Assembly: GCA_032718475.1 (NCBI GenBank)
Contig: JAUCBJ010004615.1
Span: 1-37,119, forward strand
Length of the DNA: 37,119 bases
Origin: Nemertoderma westbladi
Lineage: Eukaryota; Animalia; Xenacoelomorpha
Reading direction: 5' to 3'
Part shown: positions 1 through 11,803 of the stretch, piece after piece
Layout of the letters: the number at the start of each line of letters is the position of its first letter
Position numbering within the stretch: the stretch's first letter is position 1
Made by a program: the position numbers and the translations under genes
The notes under the pieces: model-generated
The model's database searches: none
Seen by the model: the letters and a program-made list of their open reading frames with translations, nothing else
Told to the model about the DNA's origin: nothing

Positions 1-439
1 GCAGCGGGGGGGAAACACTCACAGGGAGTGCCAAAGGGACAAGCACGGGGAGGGAAGCACGTGATTAGGGACAGAACAGCATCCATTGGGTACAGAGGGC
101 CAAAGTACAGTAAGAGGTGAAATCAATATCAATGTGTGTTAACCATATATTATCCTATATTAGTGATTTACCTGTCCAGTTGAGTTATTCAGTCAGTGCA
201 GACCGGTCATAGTTAATGACCGTCACCGCCATTAACAGCAATTAATCTGTATTTTCTGCTATATCCATGTTATCACTAACCGACGTGCTATTATCGTCTA
301 TGTTAATCAATATTGAGAAACAACACAAACTCTTATTGTTTTCCCCAACGGCCTTCGGCCAAGGCAAGTAGCACGACTGCCCAGCAGAACGGTGACGCGT
401 ACATTTTCTAACCCGGTCGGGATTTCCGATCCCGTCACA

Positions 440-1300
440 TTCCTCCTTTACATCAATGACTTACCTAACGTCACTAATCTACTAACTACACTGTTCACGG
501 ATGATACTACTCTCCTACAGTCAGCTAAACATATCAATACTCTGATACATGATACCAATAATGAACTAAATATACTGACAGACTGGCTTATATGATAATC
601 GCCTCTCACTAAACTTATCTAAAACCGAATACACAATCTTCTCAAATAATATTCAAGATCTTTCTTGCTCAACGCCACTATAAATTAATTCACAAAATGT
701 AAATAAAACGATGTGTACAAATTCTTAGGAATATATGTAGACAACAGACTAACTTGGAAGCCCCATATTAAATTTATTATGAAAAAAATTTCTAGAACTA
801 TCGGCATTTTTTATAAAGTTAGGCATTCTTTTCCTTTGATTATACTCAGACAATTATATTTTTCTCTTATTCATCCATATCTCAATTATGGTATAATGAG
901 GGAGTACCTTTCCTAGTGTACTAAAACCCCTAAGAACAAAAATAAATAAATTTTTCCGTTGCGTTACCTTTTCACCTATCTATTCTACCACTATAAATGT
1001 TATATAAGCATCAAACAGCCCTACTTATGCACGACATAAACAGTAATATTATACATAATTCTAGTGCCATAGGCGAACTTTAAAAAAAACCGCTTCTACC
1101 CATAGATACATCACTCGTTCTTTAACACATGGTAACTACTATGTACGTACTGTCGTCCGTCTAGACTCCTCAAAGCGATCTTGGAGATATCAAGGCCCAT
1201 TGATTTGGAATAACATTCCGCCCGCTATTCGCGAACTCAAAAACCAAATTATATTTTCGCATAAATATAAGAAATTGTTGCTTGAATAAATCAAAAATAA
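440..1300 (+). mobile_element. Degenerate CR1/L2-group LINE, C-terminal half of reverse transcriptase
   Basis: Broken frames read FLLYINDLP...LFTDDT...DWL*..RLSLNLSKT, YKFLGIYVDNRLTWKPHI...LYFSLIHPYLNYGI and RYQGPLIWNNIP; stops and frameshifts present. Confidence 0.85.
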
Positions 1301-1603
1301 TTAAAATCATTTTTAAACAATTAAACAATAAAATCATTTTTAATAAATAATATATTATATAAATATTAAATAAATTAATAAATTTTTTTTTCATCGGTAT
1401 GCGCTCCGGCTACTTGTTTTCTTACCCTTTTATAGGAAAAAAAAATTGTATAGTATGGGCAATTTGAGGTACCACGAGAAAGAAATAAATACATTGTGGG
1501 CCATTGCTCAACCCGGAGCAAAGATGTTAGTTTATTGGTGCACTCGAAATGTGTGTGGTTGTAGCACTCGGGCCACCATATTATGTTAAAACACAAAACA
1601 TAG

Positions 1604-1837
1604 ATGAAAGTACTGTACCTTGTGTGTCACGGAAGCAATGGCCAAAAAATTGCCAGGGAAACAACAACGACTGACTACATCAACTATACAACAGAGGTGA
1701 TAGGTATATATAAAATCGCATCGATTATGAAGCCCCTAAAGGATCGTTCCAGAATGGTCAGTGGGATGAGACCGCGACATCCACTCGGAAATACCATCAT
1801 GGAAAACGACTACGTCGAGTATCTGCGCAGTGGTTAG
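1604..1837 (+). mobile_element. Possible degenerate RTE-type LINE 3' end
   Basis: ORF ...GSNGQKIARETTTTDYINYTTEVIG...MKPLKDRSR loosely resembles the RTE C-terminal G..RGRP..YI....G.....A.DR..W pattern; weak. Confidence 0.3.
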
Positions 1838-2744
1838 CCACATTTGTCACGAGCCTGGAAGCTCGAGATGCCTGGAAGGACCTCATTTCTACTGACCAAT
1901 CTTCCCTGGTATTAGTAGTGTTTTATAATACATATTAATGAAATCATAGACTGATAACTACTGTTGTACCAGAGATGAATTAGAGTATGTAGTTATGGAT
2001 TTGGAGTATGATATGATTATGAAATTCAAAATCTACAAAAGCTGCCTCTCTACAAATGGGTAATCTTAAGGTACCAGATATACTGGGTTTTTATAAACCA
2101 ATTACATTATGTTTCCGATAGCTATTTCGACCACCTGAGAGTCTATCTTGTATCAATCATAAAATCAAACATAAAAACAACAAAAGCAACAAAATCAATT
2201 TTACATCGAACATTTTTAATTATATAAAAACCAGAACAGAGGTAATAGTAGATAGTAAGGCAGCAGATTTGGTTATTGAACACGAGTGAAACTACAGTAG
2301 GATGCAGGGTCACACAGCTGGTGGTGCATGTCTAATGGGAGATAGGGGGTAACAATCAGAAGGGGCATTTTCTTTAGTGATGTGCAAAAAAATACATTAC
2401 CATTCATACTGAATTGGGTCATTATGTATGCTGGAAAATATTATAATAGGCGCCTATTGAGGGGGTGTAGCTGTAGGGGTGGTCTCTTGCAAAAACAGGC
2501 CGTTGTAAATAAAAATTAACTACACTAAATCCAGCCCAAGCCTTAATCATAACTCATAATGGGTAATCTTGTTGTCTATGCCCAGGATAGCCTTATAATT
2601 GTAACAAATTGTTACTTGCAATTGTTACTTAGTAGGAAAATTTCCATACAAACTGCAAAAAGTGAAAGTCCATGAGTTAATTAATAATGCTTTTTCCCTG
2701 TATGTTTATTTATTATATGATTTCTTTTAATCTTATATTTTCAG

Positions 2745-2917
2745 CTTGTGGTGAAGTTCATTTCAACGATCCTACAGGTACTGTTACATCCCCTGCATAC
2801 CCAATGACATATTACAACAACATTGACTGTCAGTATGATATCACTGTACCAATTGGAAATATTATTCAAACAACAGTCACGTCATTTAGCACTGGCGATA
2901 ATGAGGATATGGTTCAT
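2745..2917 (+). CDS. CUB-domain protein, exon 1 in window (CUB1 N-half)
   Basis: ttttcag acceptor, gtaggt donor; 173 nt, phase 1->0; ACGEVHFNDPTGTVTSPAYPMTYYNNIDCQYDITVPIGNIIQTTVTSFSTGDNEDMVH matches the CUB C-G...G.I.SP.YP..Y....C.Y.I motif. Confidence 0.92.
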
Positions 2918-3424
2918 GTAGGTATATATTAAAGTTTAAAATTTTTTTTTTTGACGACCCCTAGATCCCTTCCTATATATTTCTGATATGTAAACAAGCA
3001 AAAAGATCAAAGGGACATTTAAAATAATAAAACATTTTAATTTGATAAAATGTGACACACGGAAGTAAAATATTTAAATTTATAAATTAGGCACAGATTT
3101 TATGAAATGAATTAATTAATTAAGTTAGGAATAGAGTTCAGGGTCCATCGAAAAGGTCACCCGGAGAGGGACCGCCTGTCGCCATAACAGACGCTGCGTT
3201 GCCCACTAGAATGGCCACCAGAATCCGCTGTAGGAGGAAGCGGAGTGAGCGGGGTTCGTGGGTGAATGCGTGCATTCTGGAGCCAACCTCCCGGAGGAAG
3301 GCCGCAGTCTCCGGGCCGGGGCGGCTGAGGGTCTCAAAGGCCACAGGATGAAAAATGTGGAGGCCCCGCTGCTCCAGCTCGGCGTACGTTGCACGTTTCC
3401 TCATCCCTGCCTCCTCAGCTGTGC

Positions 3425-3970
3425 TACTACTAGGATCGGCATGCTGCATTGCAGCTGCATTTTTAAGAATGCTGTGCCGGCTTGTCAACAAAATTGCACC
3501 GCCACAACTCCCTATCACCCATGACATTTGCTAGATCAACCGCATCTTTAAGGCCAGTGTCCTTTAAGATGCGTCTCAAGAAAGTCATGGGCTGTCCACC
3601 ATGCTTATTCACTCCATGAGGCTGCCAAAGTACAAGATTATGCACTGGCTGGTCCTCACGGCGAAAGCAATGTCCTGCAAAGCGGAGGCGATTTTGTTCT
3701 AGTGTCAAGCTTGGGGGAACCAATGAGACACCTCCAATGTTATATAGTGTCTGGTTGGAGATGTGTGCATTGTACTTGACACAATGAACCCGGCGTAGCA
3801 TTCTTGTGAATGTGCCATCCAGAGATTTGGTGTCCTCAGCAGTTAGAGCCCAGCATGGACTCCCGTAGAGGAGTACTGGAACTACTGCTGCTCTAAATAA
3901 TCGGACCTTAAGTTTCCGATTAATTCTCGGTGATTTCCAAATCCTGGAAAGCCTATTCAAAGCTGTCCAT
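3425..3970 (-). mobile_element. 5'-truncated RTE-group LINE (copy 1) nested in the CRE element
   Basis: ORF ...LFRAAVVPVLLYGSPCWALT...LDGTFTRMLR...RLRFAGHCFRR...LVLWQP...DRELWR; (TAG)n-type tail; perfect TSD CTCAGCTGTGC at 3414-3424 and 3971-3981. Confidence 0.9.
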
Positions 3971-5458
3971 CTCAGCTGTGCACCCGCCGGCGATGAGGGT
4001 CTGTTGGAGGTGGCTGGGGGCGAGGGGGTCAACTACTGTTGCGTTTCAAGTAAGGCTTCGTCCCCCGCTCCAAGGGGCGGGGCTCACCCCGTCCACTCGT
4101 TTCCCGTCGTTCATGAAGAGACCCGGGGATTCCAGGACTGACAGGATGTTGCAGCTGACTAGTGCCTGCCTCACCAAGTTGTTTATCATGGTGTGGCGGG
4201 GGTGCCAGCCCGCACTCCTCCGGCAGGAGAGACCGTGAAGGCCATCTGCGGCGACTGGACTACCGCAATGGTCACAGGTGTGGGGTTCCACCACCTTGCA
4301 CCTGAGCCGGGTGGCGATGGCGATCCAGAACTGGGTGTCGGTTAGTTTCAGCAACAACGAGGCGCAGGGGAGGGCATCGAGCCAGCAGCCCGCTGTGGGG
4401 TCGTCGACTGAGTTCAGCCGCACGAGGTTCAGTTGCGACGCTGCGCAACGGATGCTGGTGAGGCACTCCTCATGCACCGGGGCCATCCATGCGTGCTGGA
4501 CAGGCATGATGGGCACCACCTAACCGGCTGGAAGGGAGGTGTTGCGCACTGTGTGTGCCAACTTTACTGCTGGGCTAGGGGGGGGCCTCTGCAGACGGGT
4601 AAAGGCAGTTGGAGAGAGTAGTGCATGCAGCCGCGGAAGCCAAGAAGGCGGAGGGTGCGAGCTGCGCTGCAGAACTCAGTCCTAGACTGCCAACCCTTGC
4701 TGGGAGGCAAGCCTAGGCCCAAGCCGGGTCGTCAAAGTGGGTGTTGGTGACCTCCTGGAGTGTGCTACGCTGGACGCTATCAAAGTCCTGTAGTAGGGCC
4801 GGAAACCGGAAGCAGGGTGCCTTCCGCAGGAAGTAGGTCAACCGCAGCATGGCAAATGAGTTCTTCAGGAGGAAAAACCCATGGTGGGCGTCGAGGAGCG
4901 GCAAGCGGCTAGCGAGAGTCGAGAGTTTTCCTAACTTAGAGGCGAGGCAGGACTCGATGGCGGAGTCTCCCATAGGCGAACCCAGCATCGTCAGCTCGTC
5001 CAACGGCGGGTACTGGATGCCAGCGCAAATGGTATCAAATTCCCGATGTATCTGGGCGCGTGACTCCTCCGTCTCTGGCCCCAGGAAGAACACCTCACTC
5101 TTCCTGGGGTTTATCGTTAAACCGCACTCCCCCCTCCCCCCTCCTCAATCAGCCACGCCTGGTCCAGCAGTACCACCTGGGAGTCGTCAGAGAGGTTCCC
5201 ATCGTCCAGGTACCAGAAGTTGAAGGCAGACTCCATTGTCTGGATGACGGGGTTAGTGGTGTCCCCGAAGAGACGAGGGCTGTCAGTGTCCCCCTGCTGA
5301 ACACCCTCGTCGGAGAGGATGGTGTCGTCGACATGCATGAGGAAGGTCACATCCCCATAGGCCGCGAGGGTGTCGTTGTATATGCCTGGGTACTGGTAAT
5401 AGACAGCTTCCAGCATCGAATCCCGCCGAATGGAGTTGAACGCGTTGCTGAAGTCGAC

Positions 5459-6199
5459 TTTTTTTTTTTTTTTTTTTTAAACATATGTTTATTAGAAGTA
5501 TTAATATTGCACTTTACAATATATATATATGAAGGTGAGTAAAGGGTAGGATTGGCAAACAAGCTAGAGCTTATATTAATGCCGCTCCTACTCGTACGCA
5601 CAACATACATACCTCTCACACATTATTCCACGTGCTCGGTGCATCATTTCTATAAGAAGAAGTTACGTTGATAAATTTAATTTAATTTTGTTAATTTGAT
5701 AAAATCATATATAAGTTTATGGGAATTTCTTACTTGGCAATAGACTATAGTCAAATTATATGTTTATTTACAATAGGAAACAAAAACAAAATATAATATA
5801 TTTATATTTATTTCTAATAATTTTAGGAAATTATTAATTAAATTAATCGCTGGGTGGGTTGCTGTAATGTAGATTTCTAGTGCCTCTGAAATAGCTCTGA
5901 GTATGTCCAGGTCCTGTCCTTGCGGTCCATAAAGTAAGTTGTGTAGAGTATAGTTGATGTTAAGGCTGGAAAGTATGGTAGTCAGTGCTATCCTGTGGGA
6001 GTCGTGCAGAGTTCATTCCATAAAGTAGTGGTAGGTGTCCTCACGTTGGTGTCCACAAGCGCAACTGGAGTCTGTGGCTATGTGGTTACGGTACATGTCA
6101 TATTTTAGTACGCTGCAGTTGCGACGTAGTCGCCCAACTAGCCCATTGATAGCAACAGATCCTAACATGAAATATGGGTTTAATTTATTAACTTTATAT
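5459..6199 (-). mobile_element. 5'-truncated CR1-like LINE 3' end with poly(A) tail, nested in the CRE RT domain
   Basis: T20 run at 5459-5478 (poly-A on minus); frame RLRRNCSVLKYDMYRNHIATDSSCACGHQREDTYHYFME...LLYG; perfect TSD CTGAAGTCGAC at 5448-5458 and 6200-6210. Confidence 0.88.
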
Positions 6200-7537
6200 C
6201 TGAAGTCGACCTTCAGCAACACGGTACCCGGCCGGTTCACTTCTCCCACTAGTGCCCTAACTGCATGGGCGGCAGCTTCTTCTCCCAGCTTACAGCTGAT
6301 TCCCAGCTGAACCGTCCCATACGACTCCGACCGCTGCTCCACCACCAGGTGTCCAACGTACTTGCCCACACAGGCGGCGGAGTGTGACCCCCACCGCCAT
6401 GGGCCTGATGCCCCCGCCCACCTTAGAGAAGGGAAACAAGTTAGCCCCAAAGAAGATAGGCCGGATGACTACTGGCACCTCGCCTGCCATCGTGGTGTCC
6501 ACGAACCTCGTGAGGGCCACGAGGAAGCGCTCACCCGCTACGCCGCTGGTTGGTGCGACCAGATCCTTGTAGATCTGGGGCCGCACACCATCGGGGCCAC
6601 AGGCACTGCCGCAGGTGAAGGAGGCGATCATCTTCCGGAGGGTTGCTGGTGTAGACGGCCTCGCTGATGGCGCAACTGACGGTGATGGAACTCATCTATC
6701 GATGGGTTTGGACGGGTGCTTACTGCGGAGCATCACCAACACCTCATGGGTATCGGGAGCGATGGAGTCCTTGGTGGAGGCCAAAAGGATGGCCCCCTTC
6801 ACGTCCCCGTCGTCGATCTTCTCGGCCTCTGCCGAGGTGAGCCGGATGGATTCTTCTTCAAGCTTCTGGCGACGGGGTCCGGAGAGGCGACGCGGAGGTG
6901 TAGGGACCCCAGAACCCACTAGGGAGGTGGAACGGAAGTCCGAGATCAGGCGTTTAACCTGTGAGGCGAGGGATCGCTGATCCTTCTTCCCACCTTGCCT
7001 CGGTGCCGGGATGCAGCAGTGGCCCACAAGAAGAAGCCTGATCCAGCCGTGGACGTCCAACGGGTTCTCAAAAATCGCATTGAGGATATCTGATAGCAGG
7101 TCGGCTAAGTTAGCCCTCGACGCCTTGGGAACGTGCCTCAGCTGCCTGCATCGCCAGCCCCGCAACACCGCCATCTGAGAATACCCCATTCGGCGGCTGG
7201 ATCATGGTAGGCTGCGGCGAGGCGGTGGGCTCCATCGGGGGAACATCAAAGCCCAGGCAGCGCGCACCTACATGGCCGTGGATGCGCAGGGACCCATTTG
7301 CCTTAGTGGAAAAAACCCTTGCACAGACGGGACAACTGCCGCTACCTAAGGGGATTGGTTCACCTACTGGGTCCATTGAATAACATTAAATATGAATCAA
7401 TATAATGTGAATAACATTAAGAATAATCAACAATAAGAATAAATGTAAATAACATCACAGTAAAATATAATAAATGATTTGATATTAACATTAATTAAAT
7501 GTGATAATGGTTTATTTCTCTATAAATTATCTTACAG

Positions 7538-7691
7538 GTTTATGATGGTCCAGATGATGACAGTCCAGAAATTGTCACCTGGGGAGGTATTGGAAACCCG
7601 CCTCGTCTCATCGCGAGTTCCAATCAAATTATCGTCATATTTAGGTCTGACGAAGATAACGTCGGTCCAGGATTCTCATTTATGTATTCAG
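7538..7691 (+). CDS. CUB-domain protein, exon 2 (CUB1 C-half)
   Basis: cttacag/gtatca; 154 nt, phase 0->1; VYDGPDDDSPEIVTWGGIGNPPRLIASSNQIIVIFRSDEDNVGPGFSFMYS (YDG...F.SD....GF...Y). Confidence 0.92.
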
Positions 7692-7909
7692 GTATCAGTC
7701 CCCTCTTGATATACATTATTTATACAAATTTTAAGGTTAAATTTGAATGTCTTATGTGTTTCAATATTTAAAAATGTGTAGCATTGTAAAATTGTATAGC
7801 ATTTTTTCTGCTTCCAAGGTTAGGTTTTATGCTGTAAATTATCGCTTGTCCAAAATGTCACGTGTTGATTCAATACAAAACTAATGGTGATTTACATTAT
7901 CCCTTTTAG

Positions 7910-8082
7910 CTTGTGGTCAAGTACATTTCACATATCCAACTGGTACAATAATTTCACCAAACTCTCCTGGAATGTACTACAACAATCTGGATTGTCTTTA
8001 TGACGTCATTGTGCCGACTAATAATGTTATACAACTGCTTCCATCGATGTTTATGACAGCAAATATTGAGGATAGAATACTC
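7910..8082 (+). CDS. CUB-domain protein, exon 3 (CUB2 N-half)
   Basis: cttttag/gtgagt; 173 nt, phase 1->0; ACGQVHFTYPTGTIISPNSPGMYYNNLDCLYDVIVPTNNVIQLLPSMFMTANIEDRIL. Confidence 0.92.
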
Positions 8083-8454
8083 GTGAGTTCGGCAATATAT
8101 ATACATATATATATGTATATATAAAGAGACAAAGAGAAGCCCTCCAGAACGGTAGTTAAATATAATATATATTGTCAAAGGAACTACCACTGGGAATAAC
8201 AACTGTCAGTTAAAGAAAGCTATATTATATTTCGGCCCATTACGGGTCTTTATCAAATACTGAAATGCTCTCACTCACATCAGCACAAAATCAATCAGTC
8301 TAGTAGAATTTGAATTTACCGCCATGGAAGTATGGAAGTATATGGAAGTAGTGCAGTTAGCAGTATTATTATTATAAGTAAGTAGTCCTATATATATTGG
8401 TTCGTGGTGTCCTATTGACATAAGTGACCATTATTACCGTACTGTCGCTGTACT

Positions 8455-8640
8455 GTGTGTGTATATGTGTGTTTGTGTGTGTGTCCTGAGCGATTCGCCG
8501 TTATTTAGGAATCAATCGAAACGTAATTTGGACAAGAGTTAGATATAGGCATGACGACGGCTCATACAGAAAATCAGGTTTTGAGATGATATTTGTGCAA
8601 TGCGAGCGCGATTATTAGGGTAAACAATTAGTGAATTAGC
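8455..8640. mobile_element. Possible non-autonomous Helentron/HINE-like relic
   Basis: (GT)n microsatellite followed by ...aatcaatcgaaacgtaatttgg..., an arrangement reminiscent of HINE/DINE-type elements; termini not resolved. Confidence 0.25.
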
Positions 8641-8933
8641 ATTAGACAGTGGGAAATTTGAATTTTGTAGAAGTAATTGTCACCGGTCTGCTGGTCAGCC
8701 GATAGGCCAATACTACTACTGTACTACAGTATTGCTGTACTGCAGTACTGTTGTGTATTGTTCTGATATAAGTAGAACCATGAACCCGCCAGGCTAGCCA
8801 GCTTGTTAAGATTAAACTTAAGGTTCTTCTACTTTTTCCGGGGAAGATCAGTTGCTGATTAACAAATATTACAAAGAATGCTGCTAATTTAGTTTCGTTT
8901 GCAGTTCTGATCCTGTTGGCCATTCTTGAATAT

Positions 8934-9012
8934 GCTGCATATTTATGGAGCTGCATCTTTATTGAGCTGCATATTTATGGAGCTGCATCTTTATTGAGTT
9001 GCATCTATATTG
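8934..9012. repeat. Short tandem repeat, ~16-bp unit (GCTGCATMTTTATKGA), ~5 copies
   Basis: Directly visible tandem copies. Confidence 0.85.
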
Positions 9013-9649
9013 TCCTACAGGAAGATCTGAAGCTCGGTATAATTCAAAACCGAAAGATAAAACTCATTTCCCCAGAAAAATTACTGCTCTGGCGTACATT
9101 AGCTTAAACAAGTCGAATTAATCGATTACTTAAGCTGTTAAAATACAATAAATTTAGCGGTTGAAGCATAAAATCTACTGAAGAGTTTTTGGAAATTATT
9201 GAAATCAACAAGTTAGAAGTGCAATCAGGTTGCGTTGCATTCGGTGTTTTAGCAATTCTTGATAATTAATAATTATTGTTCTAGAACAATGTACTAAATT
9301 ATTTTTTATATTGTTAAAAATGATGTAAAATATTATAGTAAATGTTCCAGAATAATTACCGGATACAACTAAAAGAAAAAATGTCAAAAAATAATAAAGT
9401 GGTGACTACCAATCAGAATGGAGCCAAAGAAAATGTTAAGTATTTGACTGCTGCTTAAAATAGTACAGGATTGTTATAAAGTATCATTATTAAAAAAACA
9501 TTTCATATTTTCTATTATACTAGCATTGCTGTCGAATCACTATGCTAATAGATGATATAATCTCCAAGTGAAACATTATTGTAAACAACATCTATAAGAT
9601 ATAGTATTATTCTGGAAGTTACATTACACCTTCACCCGCTCAAAGACGC

Positions 9650-10096
9650 CTACACCCACTTACACACTCCTGCATACGATTGTGGAGTTATATTGGTTGA
9701 TCCTGTGGCTACGGGATCAGAATGTAAAAAAGTAGCTTCAGCTTCCTCAGAAGTTTTTACCTTAGACAGAGACAATTTTATCGCATAAATGTATTTATTT
9801 AATACACTATGATAAGAATTGGCATCACAAATCGCCTTCTCAATTTGATTAATATCAACAACTGTGTAAATATCTTGGTCTACCTTTTCAATATCCTTTT
9901 GAGTTACCAGCATAGCGTTGAGGTGCATTTCCATTTCGTTGAACGTGAAAGTAGACAGATCCTTGGACATCAGTTGTGTTGCCCATGATCGAAGACCTGA
10001 TCTTCTCTTCATTTTTCTTTTGAAGTCTTCGTCCATGGTCGTGGACTCTTTGTAGCAATTGTAGCTGAGTGATAGGATTTCCCGGTCGGAAAGCCA
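9650..10096 (-). mobile_element. Probable BEL/Pao LTR retrotransposon 5' fragment (gag N-terminus with PBS-like site)
   Basis: ORF MDEDFKRKMKRRSGLRS...IEKVDQDIYTVVDINQIEKAICDANSY resembles the BEL gag N-terminal helical region; tRNA-3'-end-like TGGCTTTCCGACCGGGAA (10096-10079) lies just upstream of the ATG. Confidence 0.5.
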
Positions 10097-10237
10097 ATCA
10101 AGTTTTCAACACGCCTCTCTGTAACCTTCTTCTTTACTAACCTGCCTACAAGTAAGTGTAATTGTAGGTGTGTGTTGGTGTAGGTACACAAAGTTCCCAT
10201 GTTTAAAATTAAATTAACTGTAAATTTCTACCAACAG

Positions 10238-10394
10238 GTGTTCGATGGCCTAACAGATGATCCCAACAATATACTTGCACCATGGGAAGGAAGTTGGTTG
10301 CCAGGCAGGTTGTCATCAAGTGACAATTCTGTAACACTGATATTCCGTACTGATGGCAGTGGTACTGAAACTGGGTTCGTCATACCTTACTCAG
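10238..10394 (+). CDS. CUB-domain protein, exon 4 (CUB2 C-half)
   Basis: ccaacag/gtttga; 157 nt, phase 0->1; VFDGLTDDPNNILAPWEGSWLPGRLSSSDNSVTLIFRTDGSGTETGFVIPYS. Confidence 0.92.
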
Positions 10395-11202
10395 GTTTGA
10401 AATTTTATTATTACATTTCACAGCTTATAAATATGACAGCATTATTGTTCAGCTGGTTCTGCTTGTTCCTGTTCTAATTTGAATGCCTTGGTCTATAATA
10501 ATTAGGTGTTCCCAAATCCCATACATTGATGCAGTAATAGAGTTGTAACCGGTAGAAGGGATGGTACATACTAAAATACCTAACAACCTGTAACAAGCTG
10601 TAACAACCTGTAAGAAGCAGTCAAATACCTGGAACAGGCTGTAACAAGTCCGCCACTAGGAGGCACTAAATATCACTTAGTCTAAGTTTAACTTTTAAAC
10701 TACTTCATAGATTTTGATGGCTCTACTGCTCTTAATCGAATTTTCTCGAGCATCCAATGGGCATCTAAAGTCATGCCGAATTCCAGTTGATTTCTCTTTC
10801 TGAAGAAAGTCAGTGGGGTTATAAAGTAGCATTTTAATTAGCGCTTCTTCAGTCGGTGAATCGCCTACTAATTGTGCCATTTCGCTAACTAGCAGACAAG
10901 GGCTGCCTCCAAGGCCTACAGTATGGTACATGTATGGTTATATTTCTGAATGGAGTGCGGAGTTGGATGTACTGTAGTACAGCAGTTGGGCCAATCATAG
11001 CAATTCTGGACAATAGGCATCGGTAATGATAGAGATGCTGCGCTCGAGGCGATTTTAAATTGAAATTATAATAAATACTATATGTATAATATATTGCCCA
11101 ACATAATTATACTGTTTCAAGCTCATTCCACTTGAAAATTATAAAATGATTGTCGATTATTCAAATTTGAATTTATTTTGCCAAATTAATAAATAAAAAA
11201 AC

Positions 11203-11438
11203 TAGCTCAGTTGGTTGAGCGCCGGGCCTGCAATCTAATGGTTGTAGGTTCAGCCCCGCCAGGGTCCACTCAGCCTTTCATCCACTGGGGTCGATAAAAT
11301 GAGTACCAGTTAAATAACTGGGAGCAAATCTTGGGATAGGAGTAGCGCCCACCCCTACCCTCGGGTAGCAGCTATCGAAAGAGGAGCCTTTGGGTCGCCT
11401 CCGGCTTCGGCCGACTGTTTGCTTGCTTTTTTTTTTTT
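11203..11438 (+). mobile_element. tRNA-derived SINE
   Basis: A-box TAGCTCAGTTGG, degenerate B-box GGTTCAGCCCC, central CTCAGCCTTTCATCC..GGGTCGATAAAATGAGTACC block (recalled from animal SINEs), T-rich tail, flanking direct repeat AATAAATAAAA at 11188-11198 and 11440-11450. Confidence 0.85.
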
Positions 11439-11633
11439 GAATAAATAAAATCACTCTAAATTTATCATTTTTGAAGCAGGTGCTAAAATTATTAATTTAT
11501 TGAATTCAATGCAATTTTGTTGTTTTATTGTCCAATTTCCCAAGAAGAGTTAACTTCAATAAACCTTTTTATCATTAAATTACAGAATTTTATAAAGCTT
11601 CTTTATTAATATCTAATAATTGCCTCTATCTAG

Positions 11634-11803
11634 CATGTGGTGTTGCTAATTTCGTCGATCCAACTGGTACTATTACTTCTCCTAACTCTCCCAATGGATA
11701 CCACCCCAACACGGATTGTGAATATCACATCTCTTTAGTTCCCGGTCAAATAATTCAAATTCATTTGGCAGTGGATGAAACAGCATCAGGCGCTATGATC
11801 ACG
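11634..11803 (+). CDS. CUB-domain protein, exon 5 (CUB3 N-half)
   Basis: tatctag/gtatgt; 170 nt, phase 1->0; ACGVANFVDPTGTITSPNSPNGYHPNTDCEYHISLVPGQIIQIHLAVDETASGAMIT; absent from the ORF track. Confidence 0.9.

Larger units (their letters stand above)
3138..7376 (-). mobile_element. Near-full-length, inactivated CRE-clade non-LTR retrotransposon (N-terminal zinc finger, RT, CCHC plus restriction-like endonuclease)
   Basis: GC-rich block. Minus-strand motifs in order: CPVC..H..C finger (7376-7260), GIRPMAVGVTLRRL, QLG, LLKVDF/SNAFNSIRR, GVQQGD, WYLDDG, WLDALP...RL, CDHCG...HGLSC, RH, KRVDG...*NATV, FETL, LQRI.VAI..GNA. Frameshifts, stops and two nested insertions. Confidence 0.85.

Noticed and set aside
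3258-6980. Multiple + strand ORFs in the GC-rich block, or a bacterial horizontal transfer
   Set aside because: Antisense shadows of the GC-rich CRE retrotransposon ORF; the motifs are those of eukaryotic non-LTR elements
11203-11275. Functional tRNA gene
   Set aside because: B-box and T-arm are degenerate, there is no acceptor stem, and it continues into a SINE body and tail
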